Shown: piece after piece, positions 57,392 through 64,000 of the stretch
Layout: each line of letters starts with the position of its first letter
Position numbering within the stretch: position 1 is the first letter of the stretch
Virus record (IMG/VR): IMGVR_UViG_3300017821_000056
Coordinates: 32,001-96,000 of that record
DNA length: 64,000 nucleotides
Reading direction: 5' to 3' (one strand)
DNA from: a virus
Taxonomy: Duplodnaviria; Caudoviricetes
Position numbers and translations under genes: made by a program
The notes under the pieces: generated by a model
What the model saw: the letters and a program-made list of their open reading frames with translations, nothing else
Databases searched by the model: none
What the model was told of the DNA's origin: nothing

Positions 57392-57676
57392 AACGCTGCA
57401 AGCAGTGCGAGGACGAGGCAAAGCAGGGGCCGTCCGGCCCGGTCAGGATGATCGAGGTTACCCGCCGTGACGCGAATAATGTCCCGGTCGAGTTCCGGGA
57501 ATACGACCTTGACCCCGAGGCTGCGGGAGCTGATCGACAGCGGCGGCCTGGACTGGGACAACCCGCGGCATCGTGAGGCGTACCTGCGCGCATGGGCCGC
57601 AGGCTGCCTGCCCGCGGGCAAAGAAGAAGGAGACGGCGATGGCCGAAGTCAATCAGACGAGCCAGCGGCAGTGTGA
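57388..57676 (+). pseudogene. hypothetical gene with +1 frame change near 57508 (or two overlapping ORFs)
   Basis: EFREYDL continues as TPRLRELIDSGGLDW in +1 frame. Confidence 0.45.
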
Positions 57677-57854
57677 CCGCTGCGGGGCGCAGTCGGATCC
57701 GGCACCGAAGGGGACCGCCCGGGAGGGGTGGCTGACGGGGCTCGGCCTGCACGCCCAGGGGGCGCCCGGAGTGCTCGACGACCTGTGCCCGGGATGCGCC
57801 GGGCTGCCCGTCGCGCAGGCCGTCGTGCCCGTGCCGGGGGAGCAGGCCGCCTGA
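57639..57854 (+). CDS. Zn-finger protein
   Basis: CDRCG...GW...DLCPGC; AAGGAG RBS. Confidence 0.7.
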   Translation: MAEVNQTSQRQCDRCGAQSDPAPKGTAREGWLTGLGLHAQGAPGVLDDLCPGCAGLPVAQAVVPVPGEQAA

Positions 57855-57856
57855 CG

Positions 57857-58564
57857 ATGACCGGTGACCTGCTCGTCATCGTTCCCAGCCGGGGCAGGCC
57901 GGGAAGCATCGCGCGGATGCTGGATGCCGTCCGCGCCACCAGCCGCGCAGTAGCTCACCTGCATGTCGCGGTGGACGAGGACGACGAGGAACTGCCCCGG
58001 TACCGGGCGGTCATGGACAAGGCAGGCAGCGACGGGGACGTCCTGGAGACGGGCCCCCGCAAGGGCCTGTGCGCGTGGACCAACGAGGTGGCGGTCCGCC
58101 GTGCCGCCGAGTACCCGTACCTCGCCTCCTTCGGCGACGACCACGTGCCCCGGACCCCCGGCTGGGATCGGGCGCTGATCCGGGGGATTGAGCGGATGGG
58201 CGGCACCGGGTTCACCTACCCGTGGGACGGCACCCGGGAGGACATCCCCGAAGCCGTGGTCCTGTCCTCGGGCATCGTGCAGGCCCTCGGCTGGATGAGC
58301 CTTCCGGGCCTGGCCCACTTCTACCACGATGACGTCTGGGCCGACCTCGGCCGCGGCGCCGGGTGCCTGCGCCACCTGCGGGCTGTCGCCGTCGACCACC
58401 TCAACGTCGCGTCGGGCCAGGGGAGGCCGGACGCGACCGCCCGGGACAACGGCCGGTCCCTGGAAGCTGACCGTGACGTGTATTACGGCTGGCGCAGGGA
58501 GCGGATGGCCTCCGATATCGCCACGGTCGCCGCGCTGCGGGAGAAGGCGCTCCAGCCAGCCTGA
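57857..58564 (+). CDS. GT-A (family 2-like) glycosyltransferase
   Basis: VPSRGRP, GDDH, HFYHDD; paralogue of 27948. Confidence 0.88.
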   Translation: MTGDLLVIVPSRGRPGSIARMLDAVRATSRAVAHLHVAVDEDDEELPRYRAVMDKAGSDGDVLETGPRKGLCAWTNEVAVRRAAEYPYLASFGDDHVPRTPGWDRALIRGIERMGGTGFTYPWDGTREDIPEAVVLSSGIVQALGWMSLPGLAHFYHDDVWADLGRGAGCLRHLRAVAVDHLNVASGQGRPDATARDNGRSLEADRDVYYGWRRERMASDIATVAALREKALQPA

Positions 58565-58655
58565 CTTTCCTTTCACCCTCTGATCCGGCCGCGTTACCCG
58601 CGTGCCGTCAACCCGCAATCCGGTACGTGACCGGCTCAAGAAAGGTGTTCGAAAA

Positions 58656-59189
58656 ATGGCTTTGGCCAGGGTTTACAACGTGGATGCGAACAGCACCACC
58701 GGCATCACGATCGGTAGCACTACGCCCGGTTCGGAGTTCCCGATCCTGTGGGGGAACACCACCTCCGAGTTCAACGTGTCCGCCATCCGGGTCGGCACAT
58801 ACTCGGGGTCCTCGGCAAGCTACCCGTCCAACGGGACGATCACGTGGCGGCTGCGCCGCGTCGGGCAGGCGGCCACGTTCAGCGCGGGCCTGCAGGGAGG
58901 CACCGGGACGGCATACCCGGTCGGGCAGTCCACCACCGCAGCCGTGTCCACCTGGTACTACTCCACGTGGACGAACGCCACCGGGACATTCTCGGTGATG
59001 ACCGCCTCCCCGGTGTGGGAGCAGACCATCCCCTGCACCGCCGGCGCGAACTGGGGCGAATGGTTCACCCCCGGTTTCGAGATCAATGTCGGGCCGGGGA
59101 TCGCGACGCTGGCGCTCACCTACGAGTACGGCGCGGCGGGCACCAGCTCCGCGGTGAACCTGATGGCCGGGCTGGTCATCAGCGAGTAG
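58656..59189 (+). CDS. Thr/Ser-rich virion protein
   Basis: GAAAGG RBS; beta-rich composition. Confidence 0.65.
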   Translation: MALARVYNVDANSTTGITIGSTTPGSEFPILWGNTTSEFNVSAIRVGTYSGSSASYPSNGTITWRLRRVGQAATFSAGLQGGTGTAYPVGQSTTAAVSTWYYSTWTNATGTFSVMTASPVWEQTIPCTAGANWGEWFTPGFEINVGPGIATLALTYEYGAAGTSSAVNLMAGLVISE

Positions 59190-59221
59190 CAGCCTGTTCT
59201 TGTCACTACCCGGGCGGAGCC

Positions 59222-59362
59222 ATGGTCACGGTCGATGTTGACGACACGACCATGGCTCCGCCCGGGACCCGGCAAGAAGATGACGCCGGGGATCCGGACA
59301 ACACGGCGCAGCAGAACACGTCATGGCGGGACGCCGCCGTCTACCTGGGTGTGGGTGCTTGA
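59222..59362 (+). CDS. small acidic protein
   Basis: GGAG RBS, fills the gap. Confidence 0.5.
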   Translation: MVTVDVDDTTMAPPGTRQEDDAGDPDNTAQQNTSWRDAAVYLGVGA

Positions 59363-59956
59363 ATGACGGTTTACACGCTGTTCGGCCAGACGGGCGGCGG
59401 GTCGGCCAGCGGAGATAACGCCTCGTACACGCTGGGAGTGCAGTTCACCGTCTCATCGGTGGTCACTCTCACCGGTATCTGGTGGTACTCTGCGGCCACT
59501 CAGAATGTCCTGCCGGCTGCCTGCTGTATCTTCGCGGAGACGTCCCCTGGAAGCGGCTCAATCGTCTCCGGCACGCAGAATAACTCCCCGTCGTGGTCAG
59601 GGGCGGCGGGATCGGGATGGGTCAGGTGCTCTTATTCCGCACCCGCCCTGTCTCCCGGGAACACATACAAGGCCTGCGTCCTGGGCTCGGGCGGCGGCAC
59701 GCCCGGCTGGTATTCCGCGACGTCCCACTACTGGGACACCGGCTCAGGTTCGGGCGGCCTGGCCAGCGGGCCTCTCAGCGCCCCGGGCAACGCGGGCGGC
59801 GACGGCGGCCAGGATACATTCGTCACCCCGGCCGCAGCGCTGACCTACCCGGCCAGCTCGTTCAACGCGGCGAACTACTGGGTCGATGTTGAGGTCACCG
59901 CATCCGGCGTCACGCCTGCCGGGCCTGCTTATACCGCGCTCATGAGCGGCATGTTA
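59363..59956 (+). CDS. DUF4082-like carbohydrate-binding virion protein, apparently ending at TTA
   Basis: YTLGVQF...TGIWWY...NYWVDV; TTA overlaps next ATG as TTATG. Confidence 0.75.
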
Positions 59957-61050
59957 TGTCTGCCATCAACATTACCTACAGTAACTATTACCCGTCGCCG
60001 GTAAGCGCGGACCCGCAGCCGGCCGGCAACCCGTCAGGCGGCCCGTGGACGCTCGCCTTCAGGGACGAGTTCAGCGACCCGCTGGGTACGGGCCAGCCGG
60101 ATTGGACGGTCTGGGCCGATCATTTCATCGACGGGGAAAACGACCGGGGCTACAACAACAGCAACGAGATCGAATGGTACGACCATTCGCACACCGGGGA
60201 GATCATCTCCGGCGGCATCCTGTCCCTCAAGGCGATCAACCGGGGCAGTGTCGCCGCGGTGCAGGCTATCGACCCGCAATGCCCTGATCCGCTGCCCAAC
60301 GGGCAGCATGCCACGTACACCTCCGGGATGATCCAGTCGTTCCGCGCCTTCAACTTCACCTACGGCTACGTCGAATCCCGCATCCAGAACCCGAGCGGCG
60401 CGGTCACCGGCTGGTGGCCCGCGTTCTGGATGGTCACCTCCGACAACGCCTGGCCCCCTGAGATCGACATCGACGAGATGGACGTCCCGGGCGTCATCGA
60501 CAACAACTACATCAACACCGCGGGCAGCTCGCAGACGTCCACCTACTCCGAGGACACGTCCTGGCACGTGTACGGGATGCGCCTGGACGCCTCCCATGTG
60601 ACGTTCTTCCGTGACGGCGTGGAGACCTACCAGGCTAACTACGACGGCAACGCCTACCCGTGGTTCATCATCTTCAATGCCGCTGTCAACACCAGCGCAA
60701 CCGGTGCCGGGTTCCCGTGCCAGTGGAACATCGATTACGTGCGGGCCTGGACGGTGCAGGGCGTCCCCGGCCAGCCGGTCATCACCTCCGTCACCCCGTC
60801 CACGGGCATCCCCACGGCAGGCACCCTGCAGGTCGCGTTCAGCACAGTCTCCGGCGCGGCGAACTACCGGGCCACCGCCGGCTGGGTGACCGGCTACCCC
60901 GGCAGCCATTCGTTCACCGCGTCCGGGACTGGCAGCCCGCTCACGATCAGCGGCCTGGTCAACGGCGATCAGTACATGGTCACCGTCGGCGCGTCAAATG
61001 CCACCGGGTGGGGTATCGAGTCGCTTCCCGTCCCGGTGCCGCCGGCTTAA
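59956..61050 (+). CDS. GH16 glycoside hydrolase with Fn3 domain
   Basis: WTLAFRDEF, YGYVE, WPAFWM, EIDIDE, WHVYG, IDYVRAW; Fn3 C-terminus. Confidence 0.88.
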   Translation: MSAINITYSNYYPSPVSADPQPAGNPSGGPWTLAFRDEFSDPLGTGQPDWTVWADHFIDGENDRGYNNSNEIEWYDHSHTGEIISGGILSLKAINRGSVAAVQAIDPQCPDPLPNGQHATYTSGMIQSFRAFNFTYGYVESRIQNPSGAVTGWWPAFWMVTSDNAWPPEIDIDEMDVPGVIDNNYINTAGSSQTSTYSEDTSWHVYGMRLDASHVTFFRDGVETYQANYDGNAYPWFIIFNAAVNTSATGAGFPCQWNIDYVRAWTVQGVPGQPVITSVTPSTGIPTAGTLQVAFSTVSGAANYRATAGWVTGYPGSHSFTASGTGSPLTISGLVNGDQYMVTVGASNATGWGIESLPVPVPPA

Positions 61051-61084
61051 ACGGGGACCGGTGCCGTGAGGAAGGCGGGCTAGC

Positions 61085-61810
61085 GTGGCAGCGCCGACCC
61101 TCATCCAGTACGCCGAGACCAGCTGGACCACCCCCGATACTGCGAAAACCACTGGCAGTATCACCTGGCTAGCCGGGGATGTCATCGTCGCCGTCGCCGG
61201 GGACGAGAGCCAGCGGACCATCCCCACGCCGACGTTCGCCGGCGGCACGTTCGTCGCGATCACTGGCGCGGCCTGCACTAACGCCAGCAACTGCGCCGCC
61301 AACGCCTGGTCCTGCACCCCGGTCTCGGGGGGGTCCGGCGCGGTCAGCATCGCGCTCACGCCGGACATCGACGGTCTCGGCGTCTGGGTGTGGCGGAATA
61401 GCGGCGGCATCGGGAATGTCGGCTCATCCACTTCGACAGCCAACAACAACCTGACCCAGAGCCTCATCCGGTCCGGTAATAATTCCTGCGTCGTGGGCGG
61501 CTGTTTCGACTGGAGCGCGACCGCGACCACGGGTTACGGCTGGACGCCGACTGTGGCAAATGACCGGCAGCACGGCCAGGTCAGCGGCCAGTATTCCTAT
61601 TATGTCGCGGACTGGGGTGATCAGGGCAGCGCGGGTACCACCTCCTACGGCCTCACCGGGATTACCGCCGGACCGTTCGCCCGGCTGTTCGTGGAAATCC
61701 TGGGCAAAGCTGCCGCCGCCGTCAGCAAGGCGGGGTCTCCCGTGAAAGCGAAACTTCCCTGGCAGCATGACCTGACCCTTGAACCTCCCGGTCTCATTTA
61801 CGTCAATTAA
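61085..61810 (+). CDS. minor tail/fibre-associated protein
   Basis: AGDVIVAVA beta-sandwich type; RBS present. Confidence 0.65.
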   Translation: MAAPTLIQYAETSWTTPDTAKTTGSITWLAGDVIVAVAGDESQRTIPTPTFAGGTFVAITGAACTNASNCAANAWSCTPVSGGSGAVSIALTPDIDGLGVWVWRNSGGIGNVGSSTSTANNNLTQSLIRSGNNSCVVGGCFDWSATATTGYGWTPTVANDRQHGQVSGQYSYYVADWGDQGSAGTTSYGLTGITAGPFARLFVEILGKAAAAVSKAGSPVKAKLPWQHDLTLEPPGLIYVN

Positions 61811-61820
61811 GGGGGTGCCC

Positions 61821-62066
61821 GTGCACGGCATCTCCCTGCGTCCCCGCGCGAATATTCCCCAGCCCGTAAGGGGACGCTGCAGCAGCACGGCAAGCATTCC
61901 CGTGTGCAACCCGCGTAGGCGGATCGTGAAGCCGCTGCGGTGCAGGATCCGTGCCCGGCGGCAGCCCGCCGGGAGGGTGCACTCGAGGAAAGCTGCCAGG
62001 GCTGCCTGCCGTTGCATGCTGACGGCGAGGGAACCCGACCAGGAGGAAGATTTACTGCGCCCTTAG
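61821..62066 (+). CDS. basic protein with degenerate copies of the downstream repeat
   Basis: RANIPQPVRGRCSSTASIPVCNP; AAGGGGG RBS; TTA at 62052 four codons before TAG. Confidence 0.5.
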   Translation: MHGISLRPRANIPQPVRGRCSSTASIPVCNPRRRIVKPLRCRIRARRQPAGRVHSRKAARAACRCMLTAREPDQEEDLLRP

Positions 62067-62075
62067 GGGCGTCCT

Positions 62076-64000
62076 GTGACCACATTCGCGTCCGGGCGGA
62101 CGATGTGGAACTCCGGTGCCCCGGTCAGCAACCCGCAGCCCGGTCCCGTCTTCCGGCAGCGGACAAGCCAGCGGCGCCCGCGCGGGGCAATGTACCTTCC
62201 CCGCTCAGGCGGGGTCTTCGGCGGTTACGGACCTCAGTCCGGGGATACGTCGTTCGGTTCCGGGCGTGTCATGTGGAGCAGCGGCGCTCCCGTCCAGAAC
62301 CCTCCCGCCGCTGCGGGGCCGCCGCCTCCGCCTGCGCCCGTCAGGGCGAAGCAGCCGCTACCCGGGCGCGGCAGGGTCTATTCCAATGCCGGCGCCCCGG
62401 TCCGCAACCCGCAGCCAGGACCCGTCTTCCGCCAGGCGGCAGCGCCCATCCGGGTGCGCCTGCCGCAATTGCAGCCGCGCGCCGGGCGGATCAGCAGCAA
62501 TAAAGGATCACTTCCCCCGGTCCCGGCCGGGCCGCCTCCGGTTTACCCGCTACAGGGACCGGTACGTGCCCGCCTGCCGCTGCCCCAGCCTCCCGCCGGC
62601 AGGATCGCCGGGCATGCCGGCGCCCCGGCCGGCAACCCGCAGCCAGGACCCGTCTTCTATCCTGCGGCCTCCCCGATCCGGGCCAGGATCCCGCAGAACG
62701 CGCCGCGAGGACGCACCGCCTCCGGCACCGGAGGGCCGTTCGTCAACCCGGTCACCGGCACTGGTCCTGTCTTCTGCCCGCGCAACCAGGTCCGGGCGCA
62801 GCTTCCGCTGCCCCGCCGCGGCACCTGCCGGACGATCCGGTTCTACCCGCTTCCTGTCAGCCCCGTGTCCGGCCCGGTATTCACTCAGGCGGTTTCCCCG
62901 GCCCGCGCGAGGATCACCGCCCCGCCACGCGGGCGCGTCTCCTCCAGCCCCGGTGCCGCAGTCCGCAACCCGCAGCACGGCCCGGTGTTCCGCCAGGCCG
63001 TACGCCCCGCGCAAGCCCGGATCTCCCAGATCGTCCCCCGGGGCCGGACCGCCTCCAGCATCACCGTTCCCGTCCCGAATGTCGTCCGGGTCACCGGGGG
63101 GATGCCGGGACCGGTCCGCGCAGCACTCCCGGTGCACCTGCGCGGGTCTGTCACTTCCAGCCCGGGCGGCCCCGTCCGCAACCCGGTCCCGGGTCCGGTA
63201 TTCCGCCAGGCCACATCGCCTGCGCGGATCAGGATCACCCTCCCGCCGCGAGGACGCACCGGCTCCAGTCCGGGCGGCCCGGTCGTGCGCGAGGTCACGG
63301 GTCCCCCGTTCTACCCGGCCCGGTCCCCGGCCAGGGCACGGATCCCGCAGGACGGGCCGCGCGGCAGGATCACCTCGTCGGCGGGCGCACCGGTCCGCAA
63401 CCCGGTCCCGGGTCCCGTCTTCGCCGCTGCCGTCCAGCCTGCCCGGGCTCGCGTCCCGCAGGCGTTCAGCAAGGGCAGGGTCTCGTCCTCTGCGGGCGGC
63501 CCCGTCCTCAACCCGCCGGCGCCGCTTTACCCGCTGCGGGCACCCGTCCGGGGCCGCCCGGCCCTGCCGCCTCGCGGGCGCATCACCTCGAACGCGGGCA
63601 TCCCGGTTCCGCGCCTGGCACCGGTCTACCCGCTGCACGGCCCGGTGCAGGCCAGGATGCCGCTCCCGGCACGCGGGCGCATTACCTCGAACCCGGGCAT
63701 CCCGGTCACTGCAGCGCCGAAACCAGCACAGGCCTACCCGCTGCACGGCCCGGTCATGGCGCGCAGGCCGCTGCCCCCGCACGGCCGGGTCATCACCGGG
63801 AACCCCGGCGCACCCGTCGCCAACCCGTCCCCGGGCCCGGTGTTCCATCCGGCGGTCAAGCCGATCCGGGGCGTGATCCCGCAGAACGCCCCCCGGGGAA
63901 GGACGAGCTCCAACCCGGGCGGCCCGGTGGAGAACATCCCGTTCAAGCTGATCCTGGTCACCGTCGTCTCCGCCCGCCAGCTCTGGTCGGTGCCCTCGGC
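62076..64000 (+). CDS. Pro/Arg-rich repeat protein, partial (missing from ORF track because no stop in window)
   Basis: GTG 62076 frame read open to the edge; ~31-aa unit RGRxxSxPGAPVRNPxPGPVFxxAxxPARARIP; GC3 favours this frame. Confidence 0.8.
   Translation, partial: MTTFASGRTMWNSGAPVSNPQPGPVFRQRTSQRRPRGAMYLPRSGGVFGGYGPQSGDTSFGSGRVMWSSGAPVQNPPAAAGPPPPPAPVRAKQPLPGRGRVYSNAGAPVRNPQPGPVFRQAAAPIRVRLPQLQPRAGRISSNKGSLPPVPAGPPPVYPLQGPVRARLPLPQPPAGRIAGHAGAPAGNPQPGPVFYPAASPIRARIPQNAPRGRTASGTGGPFVNPVTGTGPVFCPRNQVRAQLPLPRRGTCRTIRFYPLPVSPVSGPVFTQAVSPARARITAPPRGRVSSSPGAAVRNPQHGPVFRQAVRPAQARISQIVPRGRTASSITVPVPNVVRVTGGMPGPVRAALPVHLRGSVTSSPGGPVRNPVPGPVFRQATSPARIRITLPPRGRTGSSPGGPVVREVTGPPFYPARSPARARIPQDGPRGRITSSAGAPVRNPVPGPVFAAAVQPARARVPQAFSKGRVSSSAGGPVLNPPAPLYPLRAPVRGRPALPPRGRITSNAGIPVPRLAPVYPLHGPVQARMPLPARGRITSNPGIPVTAAPKPAQAYPLHGPVMARRPLPPHGRVITGNPGAPVANPSPGPVFHPAVKPIRGVIPQNAPRGRTSSNPGGPVENIPFKLILVTVVSARQLWSVPS

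Noticed and set aside
62116-63876. 586-aa ORF in the track
   Set aside because: Off-frame shadow; the repeat and codon bias are in the frame starting at 62076.
1-64000. tRNA, integrase, reverse transcriptase/DGR
   Set aside because: No cloverleaf, recombinase or RT motifs recognised by eye; a tRNAscan/HMM run is needed to be sure.

Overview
High-GC actinobacterial siphovirus-type phage or prophage segment; no integrase, replication genes, tRNA or CRISPR array seen. From left to right it carries small early/regulatory genes, terminase, a 1521-aa portal-MuF-Nudix-ParB polyprotein, prohead protease/scaffold and major capsid. Next come an NDP-sugar/C-methyltransferase/glycosyltransferase block, head-tail genes interleaved with three homing endonucleases, tail tube, frameshifted chaperone, tape measure and tail proteins. 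The right end holds a lysis cassette and a second glycosylation/receptor-binding block that runs off the window. The most striking signal is translational. Every in-frame TTA (UUA) codon I found by eye in credible genes sits either where a stop is expected (3541, 28644, 34493, 47446, 59954, probably 13500 and 62052) or at the start of a 9-11 nt extra segment in a conserved motif next to a homing endonuclease (32332, 39266). Three genes also appear to start at ATT/ATC. This suggests a UUA-gated recoding scheme (conditional stop, fusion or ribosomal bypass). Family assignments are motif recognition from memory, not database results.
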